From Felis catus (Eukaryota), in the NCBI RefSeq assembly GCF_018350175.1, contig NC_058368.1, positions 187,490,001 to 187,554,000 of the forward strand: 64,000 nucleotides of DNA, in the 5' to 3' direction. Numbering within the stretch: the stretch's first letter is position 1; each line of letters starts with the position of its first letter. Of this stretch, positions 26,654-39,653 are shown in pieces. The position numbers and the translations under genes are program-made. The notes under the pieces are model-generated. The model saw only the letters and a list, made by a program, of their open reading frames with translations. It was not told the DNA's origin and ran no database searches.

Positions 26654-29600
26654 AAGAAATAGTCCTGTGTATCCATCACCTAATCACACAAGTCAACACT
26701 TGATCCCACAAAGTCTTGACTCTATCAGTGCAAGTCCTGTACGACTGTGAAATCCTCAAAGGCAGGTATGATGTTTTCAGCCTCTTTACCTCCACCCCAT
26801 AACAGCAGTGCCTTGTACATGGTAGATGATTAGAAAACGTGTCTTGAGTAATTATTTTGTAATAAACTCTAGGCTTTTCTTATAATTAACAACTCCTCTC
26901 TGCCCATGGAAAGATCATCTCTTGTTCCCACTCTCCCACCCTCTGCCCAACTGACACATTCTTGTTCCATAGCTCACCATAACAGTCAGACGACCTGCCC
27001 ACAGGCTCTCTGAACAGTTACTACATTGCAAGGACAGGGGACATCAGAAGCTCTGCCTGTACCGAGGCATGCAGACCCTCCAACCTCAGGTTCCTCAACG
27101 TCTGCATCTCCAACAAGGCAGTAGTTCGCTCCTGGGCTGCCGACATAGCCAGGTAAAAACGAACTTAAACTGCACAGCCAGAATCATCTCTCAGCCAGAA
27201 TGGAGAGCAGGACGGAGCAACTCAGAAAAGGAATTGCCTCCTATTTACCAGAATGTACTCTGCGCTATGAGCCATTTTGTCAACTTCATGAGATTTGTGG
27301 TCAGAAAACATGGACACACTCACATACACATAAAATACAAAGAAAGGATTTTTAACCACTGACCATTTACATTTATCAACACTACTGTTCTCACCATTAT
27401 TAGCATTTCCCCAGTGTAGAGCCCAGGAAAACTAAAGCTGTATTAAATCAATAAAAAGTTAAATTCATTTTTAAGACAGAATTCTGTTATGTAACTCTAC
27501 GGAGCAAATGTATAACTGATCTTATGAAAAGAAATCCCTCACCTGATTTGGTCTTGGTACACTATGATAGTAAAGTTATTCACTTCTATTTCCAAGAATC
27601 CGTCCCCTTCTCTCTGATGTATTTTTCCCACCATTTGAGGGAAAAATAAAAACTAACCCAAAAGTTGTTGCAAATATAATCTCACCGAACAAAATTACTA
27701 CTGTGACATTCTGCTTTTGCTATATAGGATTAGAAGAAAGGAATGCATTTTCAGTATGTAAGGCTTTTAGGAAATCTACTAATCTGTTATAACTTTACAG
27801 AGCTAAAATCTTTTCAAAGCTAAATTAATCCTTGTCTTCCAGTTCACTCCCAAAAGGTGTAAAGGAAATGCATCCAAAGTGCTTTATATGCTCACTATAA
27901 AAAAAAAAAAAAGTTCCTTACATAGCACTTTATTTTTAAAAAGTTTTTAAATAGTCTGCATAATTATCTCATTTAGATCTCTGCTTATAGCCTTAGGAGG
28001 AAAGCTGGAGCAGACATGGTGACACTAAAGAAACAGGGTCAACAAATCTTTGCCAGTAAGAAACTGCAGCATTCTCCTCCAGTGTTGAACTTCTCCAGTC
28101 CTTTGTGTAAAACAAAATCCCCTTATAACCATGAGGTGCTTTCTTGTAATGAGAAAAGAGACTTAACAGAACACAACTCCCCAAACAAATGATTGCAGCC
28201 TCCAGGTACTCAGTACCTCTAGGCTCTGGGGCCCAGTCAGCCAGGAAGCAGACAGAGCCTAGCCTAATGCAAACTATGCTTAAAGTCTGCAGAAAATGTC
28301 TGATGGCTGGATTCACTCAGCAAAAATGGACAATCCTTTTCTCTCTGGTCTTCCAGCCTATCCACTTCAAATTTGGTAATTGTTTCCTATTTCGGGGAAA
28401 AATCATTCAAAGCATCACACACCTGAGTCAGTGGCCTTGAATGTCTGTCCCCCTGCGTATAGGCTCTGCCCATGTCTAGGGTCCATGCCCTTGTGGTTAC
28501 TAAGGTACCATCACTGGGGACTTCTCTGACTCCCTCCGACTTACACAGCTTTCAAGGTTCACCTATCCAGACACTCTAATTCGCAGGCTTTATTTCCCTT
28601 TCAGAGGCACAAAAATGTCTTATCTGACCTGGATGAGACCCCCACCCCTTGCACAGTGCCCAGCTCATGAAGGACACTCAAATAAATAATAATCATAACA
28701 ATTATCATAATAGCTAAGATGTATAAGTACTTATGTGCCAGCCACTGGGCTAAATGAATCATCTCCTTTAAAATTCACAACAAAGCTAAGAGGTAGGTAT
28801 TATGATCGACTTCACTTTTCGAGGAGAAAAGGTTATGTGATTTGCCCAAGGCCATGCAGTCAGCAAGTTAAAGAACTGGAATTTTGGCTTAATTATTTCA
28901 GTTCCAGAACCAAAGGCTGCCAACTACCCAGCTGCACTGGCTAAGTAAATTAACCAAGCCTCACCAAGGTCATCAAACTAATAGCCTTGCCTGGCCTACT
29001 GACCCTCTGGCCCAGGCCAGGGCATTCCTCTCTCCTCTGCAAACCAAGTCCTGCTTTCACGGGAGGAAGTGAGCCCTCTGGACAAAGGCAGAGACAGTCC
29101 ACATGCCCCATGTCACCCAGATTTTCTTAAACACTAAAATAATCATCCCCACAAGACAGGCTCTCCGGCAAGCTTAATAGCAAACATTATGGTTTTACAA
29201 AAGCTGCTATGAAAAAAAGGAAGGGGGGGGGGGGTACTAAGTAACCTGAATTGTCTTCCATCCACTCCCCTCTGCATCTTAGGGTGATGGTGCATTTCAA
29301 CAGAAAATGAACACAGTGTCCCCAATGCCATCAAGTAAATAAGTCATGTAAATCATCAGTCTTCTCCTTTCCCAGATTTCTCTCTTCCCACTGTCATTAC
29401 CACCTTGCTTAGAAAATCATTTCTGGGCTTTTCTGCTGCTCACAGAGCTGGATTGGCATTTAAAAGCCTGTTAACTAACTGGAATTGCTCTTCAGTAGAT
29501 GCAAATAAAATTCACACTCAGCTCAGATTGAGTTTATCATGGGAGCTGATTAATTAGCAGTTATAGAGCCCTGAAAATAGAGTTCCATTTCATTAACGAA

Positions 29601-29938
29601 GACGTGTAATTTTTTGGCAAATACTGTTGATTTAAATACAGTTGCTCCATGGTGGGGAAGATATGGAGGTAGGAGAAAAATGGGAAGTCTGTGCGGTTAT
29701 TAGGAATGAGAAGAAACATAACAGATTTTTTAAATAATAGTAATAGCTACCATTGAGCTAGGGTCTGTTCTACCAGGGTCTGTTTTGAGTGCTTCATGTG
29801 TATTTGTTCCTTTGGCCCTCAGGACCATCCTGGGAGACAGGCAGATTAATTATTTGCATTCTACATGGGAGGAAATGCATGCACATAGCTACTAAGCAGC
29901 AGAACCACAGCCAACCCTCATGCAGTTTGACTTCAGAG

Positions 29939-30160
29939 CAGTGCTTCTCAATTGCTGAGGGGGAGGAGGGGGTAGACACCTAAGCACACTTGCAAGGTCT
30001 GCAGAAAATTGTGATTATCTTGAGTAGTAAAGGGTGCTAATGACATCTGGTAGTGGGTGGAGGCCTGAGATCCTGCTAAACATTGCATAATGCACAGGAC
30101 AGTCCCCACAGCCAAGAATGATCAGTCCCAAAATATCAACAGTACTGAGGAGAAACTCTA
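29939..30160. mobile_element. MER20-like hAT-Charlie element
   Basis: CAGTGCTTCTCAA start; TGCTAAACAT..ATGCACAGGACAGTCCCCAC..AAGAAT. Confidence 0.75.
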
Positions 30161-33100
30161 CTCCAGAGTCTCATCCTTGCCACTGTGTCTAAGGCTTGTG
30201 CTCAGAGAATAGGGTGTGCTGTATAAGGGGCAGGTCGCTAATGATGACCTCCTTCCTTATGTACTAGAGAAATGCACGTGTTCCTTCCTGGCCAGCCACC
30301 TCAGCAGCAACAACATCCACAAACAGGGTCACTAATGCTTTAACCAGCCTGAAGTCTGGATGTGACCCCTTAAAAGCCCCGTGAGATCTCAGGTTTCCTA
30401 CCAAAAGCTATGAACTCTCCAGAAATAATATTAATTAAACATATGACACTGGGACAGAAATAGCAAAACCATCAACAAAATAAAAGTGAGATTCTAGAAA
30501 GACATCTGTCTATGCAAGAAATTAGGAGCAGGCAAAAATATGCTTTCAAATCAAAAACCAGCTGAAGGGATATATAGGAACTGTCTGTACTACCTATACA
30601 ACTTCTCTACAATTCTAAAACTATCCTAAAGTTAAAAAGTTATTAAAAAAAAAAAAGCAGAGGGAAAAACTGACATCCACAAAGGAAAAAATTAACATCA
30701 GATCTGTCTCACATCGTATCAAAAATACACTTCAGATGGGTAAAAGAGCTAACTGCAAATAAACAATGGATAGCAACTAAAACCATAAAGTTTCCTAAGT
30801 AAAGGTAAGAATAACTCTTTATAACCTTCCCTTTGGAAGGGCCTTCCAAAACAAGGCACAAAACCCATTAAGAAACAGACTGACAAGTCCGAGACCACCT
30901 AGGCAGTGATACAATTGCCTGTTGAAGAAGGAAGGAGTATCGATTCAGTGAAGTAATCAAAACAGTTTTTGCAGCTTTCCTCTGGGAGAAATTTCATAGC
31001 CAAAGCTTCAAATCTCCAATTACAGAAGTCAAAGGGAAAGGCCCTTGGGCGGATACCCACTGGCATTCCTCTCTGATTAGCTTGAGATTTAGGAGGGAAA
31101 TTCTCCTTCCTTCTCTCTGCTCCTGGTGTCACGAGGTTGAAGGAAGTCCCTGGCACGCAGATGGAATGTTAGTGCATGGCTGCAACCCTATAGCCTAAGC
31201 GTCAGCCCTGGTAGAACAAGGGGCTCTTATCTTATTATTTTAATATCTGAGCTGATCGGGGTGACATTTCCTCCAGCAGAGTGAGAGCAGGTGCTACAGG
31301 CCAGACAACTGTGATCCCTGCACACCAGGTCCCCCCCCCCAAAATGGTGGCATGCATGACTCTCCCCAGTACCGTGAGAGACGAAGCTAGAGAAATTCCT
31401 CAGCGCCACACCTGACGCTCTGGTATTACCTTCCCCTGACATCTATGCGATTTAACGCCCAAACCTCTAAGAAATATTAAAATCCAAGACAGTCATTTTT
31501 TCATCATGATCTTGTGTTTTTATCCCTAATAAGTAATGTATCCAAATATTCATGTCCTTAAGGACATAAATTTCTGGCAGAGTAAGAAACCTAAGAAAAA
31601 TCTATTCAGAGGGGTAGGCAAGGCTCTCTGTTGCCCCTTCGATAGTATAACCATCTGTCTGCATGTCCCCAGAATCTTTTTTTAGGGAATCACAGATACT
31701 TTCCTAGAGAAAGGACAACAAATAGCATGTTAAACACTATTATCAGAGGTGGTCTATAATGGAAAAAGTCAGAAAATATGAGTTTGAGTCCCTCCTGGGC
31801 GGTGGAGCCTTGAGTGGGCCACTTGACCTCTTTAGGTCTCAATTTTCTTAACAGTAAAATGGGTGTAATTTATTCACTCAACAAATATTTAATAAACTCC
31901 CATTATGTGCTAATTCTACTTGTCTCTACTAACCTTACAAATTTTACGGAAGAATTACATGACCTATGAAAAATGCTTTGCAAACTGTAAATCGTAAAAA
32001 TACTTCGTTATTGTTAAAATCTTTTCATTTGTTGTTGTTGCTATTATTATGATTATTATTATTAAGAACGAGGCCAGAACCAAACTAAGGACATTTTGCC
32101 ACAATCTAGAACCACCAGTGGGAAGAATCACCATTTGAATCCCAAAATATGTCCCAAAGCTGGCTTTTAGGGACCACGCCCAAGACTGTAAATTGCTGAC
32201 AGCCAAAGGAAATAAATATTTGCTACAGATTTAACCCAAAGGCCTACACTGAAAAGATGAGACTCCGATGAATTTCCACAGGGCCCTTGGAAAAAGTGCG
32301 ATGACAGGAATTCAGAGACAGGATGAGCAAGTCACTGGCCTTTCAGCCAGCACTGCGCCTCCACTGCATACCCAGGCCTGGCAGAATCCTAAAAGAAGCC
32401 TCCACCACCACCTACCCCACGCCCTAGCAATCCAAGCAATTCCAAACAGTTCAAGAGAACCCCAAAGTCAAGGTTTCCACCTTCTTCTTCCTCCGTGAGC
32501 TCCAACCATAAAGACTTTCTTGTAGAACTGCTTATCTGTTCTGAGGAGTACAATGCATAAGGACAGCAAGGTGGTTTTTATTAAAAACAATTGAAGAGAA
32601 ATTCGTTCTGTTCAAAAACCCAGACTTAACAAACTTGGGGGCAATGTCAGCACAGCACTGAAATCGAAAGGTTGGGGCAAAACCAAGGGCGAGCCCAAGC
32701 AAGCAAATGAAATAAAGGGCACTGACTGTGAAGGTCCCAGATGACAAGAAAATACAATAACACAATAATTAACCTTTCAAGAAAGAAAAGCTGCACTACT
32801 TGCCCAATTAATACACAAGTCAAGTTCAGTATGTAAAAAAAAAAAAAAACTTAAAAAAACAACCTCTTGTATCAAAGATTGAATCTGAATCAGGAATAGG
32901 GAACAATAAACAAAATACAGCAGCCATAATCCCCATAACCCCCCATTCTCTAAGCCCCCAAATTACATCAGACGTACTGTGCAATATTTACATGCTATTG
33001 TCACTGCAAGAAAGTTTATGACTTGCTAAACGGAGGCCACAGTCTACAACTCCAGGGCTTAAAGCATATTATTTTATGATCCGTATAGGTACTATGCCAC

Positions 33101-33540
33101 TTCCCAAGCCCACCCTACCCCACCCTGAAAATAACAAAAGGTTAGATTTTCCTTCTGGAAATGGAGCCACATCTTAACTAAAGCAGTGGAAATGTCTCCA
33201 AGCCACTGACATTTTTATATTTATAGACCATGACAAGAGTCTCACCTATTTTAACTCTAATGTCATTCAGTATGCCTTAAACATCTTGATTATATCTTTA
33301 ATGTGCCATTTACTCCGCAATAATCCACTGTACAAAGACTGCTGCCTCTCAGAAGATAAGTACATAATAAATCAGCTTGCAATGATTATTTTTCCCAGCT
33401 CATACCCACAGAGAGCTCCTAAAATTTCATTTTACTTCATCTTTTCCAGTTCAGCGGCCCGTTCTCCCCCTCCTCATTTTGCTACTTCCTCCTGTCCATC
33501 CAGCCCTCCCCTTTGGCATGGCTTCCTGCCCAGGCTTTAC

Positions 33541-33650
33541 CACTCCGCTCGGCCCTGCCGCCGCCGTCCAGGGAGGGAAGAGGGCTGTCAAGTGTCTTGG
33601 AGCTAGAGCATCTTTCTGGAGAAAGGCTCTTGCTCACTGGAGTAGAGGAA
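33541..33650 (-). ncRNA. MIR3142HG: pri-miR-146a host lncRNA exon 1 (5' end approximate)
   Basis: Directly downstream of a kB/octamer/TATA-like promoter and ends at donor GAGTG|gtaaag (intron starts 33540). The two-exon, ~15 kb-intron layout matches the known pri-miR-146a. Confidence 0.75.
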
Positions 33651-33665
33651 GGCACGCAAAGGCCT

Positions 33666-33673
33666 ATTTGCAT
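33666..33673 (-). promoter_or_regulatory. Octamer motif ATGCAAAT
   Basis: Exact POU octamer between the TATA-like element and the predicted TSS. Confidence 0.6.
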
Positions 33674-33716
33674 ATGCTTTTATTCCATTTCCACACCCTG
33701 CACGCAAACGCTCTCT

Positions 33717-33726
33717 GGAAAGTCCC
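33717..33726 (-). promoter_or_regulatory. NF-kB site GGGACTTTCC (proximal)
   Basis: Perfect Ig-kappa-type kB site; miR-146a is an established NF-kB target. Confidence 0.9.
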
Positions 33727-34018
33727 TTCTCAATTCCCTCCTCAGCGCAGAGAGGGGTGGGGCGGGGGGGGAAGAGGTTGGGCCGGAATGGAAGGTTCCA
33801 GCCTGACAGTGTCAGCTTCTCTCAGCGGGGGAGGCCTCAGCCTCCCTCCTGCTGTTGGCTGGGTCTGGACCCATGGGTTGGGGCCGGGGTCCCTCTTCCA
33901 GCGCGCCCCTGGGAGCAGACCAGTGCTCGGACCTGCGCGCTCTGGAGACTTCTGAGCAGGATGCCGTGCTCTGCTCCAGCCTCCCCCGAGGAAGTTCTGG
34001 TCAGGCGCTGGGTCCCGG

Positions 34019-34028
34019 GCTTCCTGTC
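34019..34028 (-). promoter_or_regulatory. ETS motif (GACAGGAAGC)
   Basis: CAGGAAG core about 25 nt from the distal kB site. Confidence 0.6.
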
Positions 34029-34049
34029 TGTACTCTCCACAGCCCCGCG

Positions 34050-34059
34050 GGGAAATCCC
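34050..34059 (-). promoter_or_regulatory. NF-kB site GGGATTTCCC (distal promoter)
   Basis: Matches GGGRNWYYCC exactly. Confidence 0.9.
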
Positions 34060-35539
34060 AAGACCTTTATCCGCGGCCCAACAAGCCTGATGGCTTTTCA
34101 AGTATGTGCAGGCTGAGTTTCGGTCAAAACCTCAATTTAACGTTAACCAAAAATAAATAAATAACATGTGTGCAGGCATTTGTTTTAAAAGAAAGAAAGA
34201 AAAGAAAGAAAAAAGACAAGAAAAGGAAAAAAAAAAAAAAAAGACTCAGCAAAACAATGTGGCATCCAGCAGAAAGTTCTTTTTCTTGCTGTAGGTACAG
34301 GAGGCCTGGATTTGCTGGTCGTTGGGAACAAACGATGCTTTCAAATGTATACTGACCGCTTGAATGGAATGCTGCTGACCTGGCAGGCAGGAGACCCAGA
34401 AATTTCTCTCCTGGTACCCTTCTCCACAATGTAAATGCACAAAGCCATCTTGTGTCTCACTCAGCTAAGGATAACATTATTAGCTAATTTTTAATGGGCA
34501 CTTAACTGTGCACTCTGTTAAACATTTCACATGCATAGTCTTTCCTGATCGCATAGCAAGCATGTCAGGCAGCCAGTAGTATGATCCCCATATTACTGAT
34601 GACGGAATTTTATCTGTGAGGAGGCTAGGGTGACTTACCCAAGGTCACACAGTTAGTAACTGCTTCCATGGGTGCTCTTTGCTTCTCCTTTCCCCGAAAC
34701 GGAAAGGAAAGGCTTTCCTAGGCCCTTGGAATGTACAACTGCAAAGTCAGGTCCCCAGAAAACATCGGTATAACCTCCCCACGCTGGAAATTTACTCACA
34801 GACGGAAAAGAGCCAGTTCAAAGGTTTTTACTTCCAGGTAGAGTTAGTCATACCCCTGGCACCCCCCACCCCCACCCTGCTTCCCAGAAGGTGTTCAATG
34901 CTCCCCCTGCTTGGCTCCCAAAAGGTTTTTTTGAACTTCTATTAGAGATAACTTTTTAAAAGACAAATATTTACTGAGCACTTACTATGTGCTATATACT
35001 GTACCTACATATGTACATACAGGTTCTTATTCAACCCTCCCAACAACCCTAAAAACTGGATACTGTTATTAGACTCCATTACAAATGAGGAAACTGAGGC
35101 TCAGGGAGATTTAAAAAGTTGCCCCAGGTCACACAGACAAAAGTTAGCAGAGCCAGGTTTCCCCTCAAATCTCTGAATCCTATCTGCTGCATTTCACTGC
35201 CTCTCAAGAGGGTCAACATCAAAACTGTTTGCAGATAGGAGACTCTCTGGTGGTAAAGGGAGCTTCTTAGAGGCATGGGCCAGGCCCCAGGCACCCAAGT
35301 CCTCTCCTCTCCTCTCCGAGCTGACCTTCAGGCACTGTTCAGCATTTGCTAAAGCACTGGATGGATGGGAGGAAGCAAGGATAAGATGACCAGAAGATTT
35401 AACAGTACTCCCTAGCCCATCCCACACTGAACTAAGGAGTAAATGACCTATTTGTGAAACTTTTATAAAAGGTTAAGAGCTGCCTAATGTCAATTAGTGA
35501 TGATCTTGTTTAAAGAAATCTGAAGTCATTTGGATCCAA

Positions 35540-35928
35540 TGTAGGGGCCAAGGGTAGGCTGCCCCAAGATGGGCTACTTTGGCATATTGGTGATTTTAAG
35601 TAAAAATTACCAAAGAGACAGCCTGAGACCACTCAGACCCTTCTCTGTCCCTCTGAAAGCAAGAAATAAATCTCCCACAGGAAAAGCACTTTTCCTGGGG
35701 GCACCTGGGTGGCTCAGTTGGTTAAGCATCTGACTTCCGCTAAGGTCATGATCTCATGGTTTGTGGGTTTGGGCCCCACTTCGGGCTCTGTGCTGACAGC
35801 CTGGAGCCTGCTTCAGATTCTGTATCTCCCTCTCTCTCTCTGCCCCTCCCTCACTTGTGCTCTCTCTCTCTCTCTCAAAAATAGACAAAAAAAGTTTAAA
35901 AAATAAAAAAATATTTCTAGAAAATATT

Positions 35929-35998
<70 letters not shown>

Positions 35999-36361
35999 GC
36001 AGGCAACCTCCCTGTACCAGGAGGTAAAGAGAGCCTTATCACCAGAGATGGGAAATTTAGAGCCCAGAGGCTTGTTACTTTTCACTAATTTACTACCCAG
36101 CCCAAATTCTGATTGCAGCTCCCAGAGTTAAATTTTCTTTGTCTTGTCGATTCCACACAGACTTATTTGTCTCTTTGTCTAAAAAAGTATAAAAACTGCC
36201 TGCCTTGGTCATTTCTTTAGGTCTCAATTTCACTACTGGGCCTCCATGCACCCATAATGAAACTTTGTGTCTTTTTCTCCAATTAATCTGTCCCATGTAA
36301 ATTTAATTCTCAATCCAGCTGGAAGACCTTGAAGGTAGAGAGTAATTTTTCCTTCCCTTCA
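35540..36361 (+). mobile_element. ERV1-like solo LTR interrupted by a Can-SINE (35697-35912) and (GAAA)n (35929-35997)
   Basis: TG..CA termini, TATAAAA box near 36188, flanks CCAA/CCAT resembling a 4-bp TSD. Confidence 0.7.
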
Positions 36362-36641
36362 CCATTAACTGGGGCTAGATCCAAATGGAATAAACAGGAA
36401 GAACTCAGGTCTGGCTGGTTTCTGCTAACAAGTTCATTACCCCCATTCCAATCAGTTAACCTGACTTCTGCATTCCTAAGGGCTCCCTCACAATACATGG
36501 GGCCCATCCGGTACAGTTTTCCAGAAATACGCAGGAGGCAGGATTTAAGTGCCCATATGCTGCCAGCAATAAGTATCTCTGTTATCTGCCTCTGCCTCAG
36601 TGGGAATAGACTTAAATCTTGAGCCAGGTTTTCATGGACAG

Positions 36642-36962
36642 TATAATATATAATATTATATTATATATTATATTATTATATATTATATATTATATATATA
36701 ATAATATTTATATTATTATATTATATATTATATTATAATATATATTATATTATATTATATTATATTATATTATATTATATTATATTATATTATATTATAT
36801 TATATATTATAATATGTATAATATATATTATATTATATATTATATTATATTATTATAATATATATTATTATATTATATATTTTATTATTATATATTATAT
36901 TATATTATATATTATAATACATATATTATATAAATATAAATTATATAAATATATACAATATA
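36642..36962. repeat. (TATTA)n AT-rich low-complexity tract
   Basis: About 320 bp almost entirely A/T. Confidence 0.95.
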
Positions 36963-39123
36963 TCCTTTTATAATCAAAATTTATTATATCATTTTTGTCT
37001 TATTTTGTTGGGGGCAGGTAAGGTGGAGGTGAGCTTAAACACCATTTATGGAACTTATGTGCCAGAAAAAAAGTGCTAAGCATTTTTCCTGCATTATCTC
37101 ATTTAATGCTCATAAAATGGGTATCACCATCTCAATCTCACAAATGAGAACGTACAGACAACAGAAGCCCTAAGAAGTTAAATGCCTTCCCAGTTACATA
37201 GTTAGAAAGGCGGGGACAGAAGGAGGAGATTGTAGAATGAGTGGGGATCTTCCTGGGGGGACAAGAACACTGCCTTTGCTGGTTTGGAGTCTCAGTCTAA
37301 CTAAATGCCGCACTATGCTCTTTACAGGCACTCGCACACACAGACATTAATAGGATTATTGAGTTGGAGCTGTCTTCTACTTAGTTACTTGGAAAGCAAT
37401 GGGAACAGCATCAGTACAAAGTTTTGAGCCCTGCATTGTTTCATTTCAAATACAAGCAGGGCCACCCTTCCTTTTGAATAACTCACCCACTGCCCCCAAC
37501 CCTCTATCATTGTATTAGACATTTCCAAATGCATCCATATCCCACAGTAAATATTACTACAGGCAGGCTTTGATTTTGCACAATACTATATTAGCTGAAA
37601 CTAATGTTGATATATGAGTTGAGTTAAAGTTCATAAATTGTTATCATGTTATGATGTTATGTTGGGGAGGCATTTAATTCAACATTTATTCACTTTGTGG
37701 TTTTCTTTTTTAATTTTAGAACCAATTTCTCCCCCATAGGCCATTGAAAAACACATACACACAGCGTCCATTGTCTCTAATGTGTTACCTGCTTCCATGT
37801 TTAAGAGACGGCTTTGCTCCATGTTTCACAATTCACAGACAGGAAGCTTGAGAATCTTGCCACTATCCACCTTAAATATCACAGTGTGGGCCCAGGGGTA
37901 CAAAAATGTCAAACTAGAAAGATGACCCTCAAAAAGTATGCCCCCGAGTACTATGGGGACATCTCCATCCGAGGTCTTTGATCCACTACTAGGAAACTGT
38001 GACATAGTTGGCTATGAAAAATACCCCCAAATGTCACGATGATGCTTGTGTTTCCAGCCCACTCAGTAGCTGAGATGCTTAGGCTTCTTGAACCCAGGAA
38101 ATCCCCAAGGAGACAGCCTCTGTTGGGGTAGGGCTTAGAGCTGGTACCTCAGTCAGCTTACAGTTCAGCTGGAGCCCAGAGTCAGGATTCAGACCCTTAT
38201 CTCTGCAGGTCCGCATGGGTTAACTGTACCTGGTGGCCTGCAGCTATCTGAAGGAAAATCCCATGTAACCAAGTGCCCTTCTGCTCAGGTGAAGGCCTCT
38301 GAGCTGCCACAGCCCCAGCTTCCCCCTCCTGCCATCGTGTCACATTACCATCTGATACGCATGCCTATCCAATGTTTCAATTTCCCATAGGTGAACACCT
38401 GTCTCTCCAACTAGTCTAACACCTATAAAGGCAACAAGGACTAGTAGAGAGAGCCAAACATCAGACTCCAGCTGAGAAAAACTAACATAACTTCTAATTA
38501 ACTTCTAACACAATCAGGAATAACTCCTACCTGACATGGATGAGTTAAAGCCTAAATTTTAAAAAAGCAATAAAATGCCAACCATAATACATGGTTCATA
38601 GCAGGGTCCAGAAAATGACAGCATAAAATGATCACCTACTAAGTATCTTGGGATTTCTTGTGTGGCCTTTCTCCAAGCTGGACTCCAGACAGCTATCTCA
38701 ATCAAACTTTGCACAACAGGGTAAAGAGAGCATACCACCCTGTTATATAAACAAGCAGAAGACAATGGTGATGCAAATTTGCATTCCTGCGTTCGGATGG
38801 TCTGCTCCTGAAATGAAAATGTGTGAGCGGAGAATCAAGACTTCCTGGAGGTGGGAATACCACAGTGGGCCCCGAAGACAAGCAGAGCATCCCCACCGCC
38901 AGCAGGGGACAGAAGCTGGAGCACTGACACACTGGGACCCAACAAACGAAGGAAGTCATCAATAACATAACAAAGATTTAGCCAAGCAATGCTCAGGAGT
39001 AAAGCTGTTTTAAAGTCAAAATACTGGCAACAAATCTAATCATCCCAAATAGGGAATTGATTAAATAAATTACAGTGCATCTACCAATTAAACATATCTA
39101 CTCTATTTAAAATGATGATGATA

Positions 39124-39297
39124 GGGGTGCTAGGGTAGCTCAGTCAGTTAAACATCCAACTTTGGCTCAGGTCATGATCTCACAGCTCATAGATTTAAGC
39201 CCCGCATTGGGCTCTGTGCTAACAGCTCAGAGCCTAGAGCCTGCTTTGGATTCTGTGTCTGTCTCCCTCTCTCTGCCCCTCCCCTGCTCATGTTCAT

Positions 39298-39354
<57 letters not shown>

Positions 39355-39398
39355 CTCTCTCTCTCTCTCAAAAGTATATAAACATAAAAAAAAAAAAA
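39124..39398 (+). mobile_element. Can-SINE
   Basis: Head, long (CT)n, A tail. Confidence 0.9.
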
Positions 39399-39653
39399 TG
39401 ATAAAGAATTCTTGATAACATTTTTTAAAAATCTTCCAGAGGTCTTTCAAGAGGGAAATAATCTATAAAATGCTTGTTGTCATGTAGTTTCTGCAAGAAA
39501 AAGTGAAAGTGACACACCAAAAAGATAAGAGTAGTTATTTATAGAAGATGTGACTATGTGAGATCTTTCTGACATTCTCATCAATGCTTCTACTTATAAA
39601 AAAAAAAAAAAAATTCCAAGTGTACTACTTGTATAAAAAGGAGCGAAATGTCA

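Larger units (their letters stand above)
33450..34100 (-). promoter_or_regulatory. CpG-rich promoter of pri-miR-146a
   Basis: The longest GC/CpG-dense stretch in the window. Contains kB sites, ETS CAGGAAG, GC boxes, an octamer and a TATA-like AATAAAA (33678-33684, minus). Confidence 0.9.

Noticed and set aside
26700..30000. miR-3142 orthologue expected in the intron
   Set aside because: I could not find the repeat-like hairpin recalled from human (AAGGCCTTTCTGAACCTTCAGA); it is probably not conserved. A BLAST search would settle it.
33286..34160. Several overlapping ORFs of 60-160 aa
   Set aside because: Stop-poor GC-rich promoter sequence with no protein-like signature.
38895..38915. Forward CTCF-like CCAGCAGGGGAC
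   Set aside because: Mismatch in the core and no supporting flanks.
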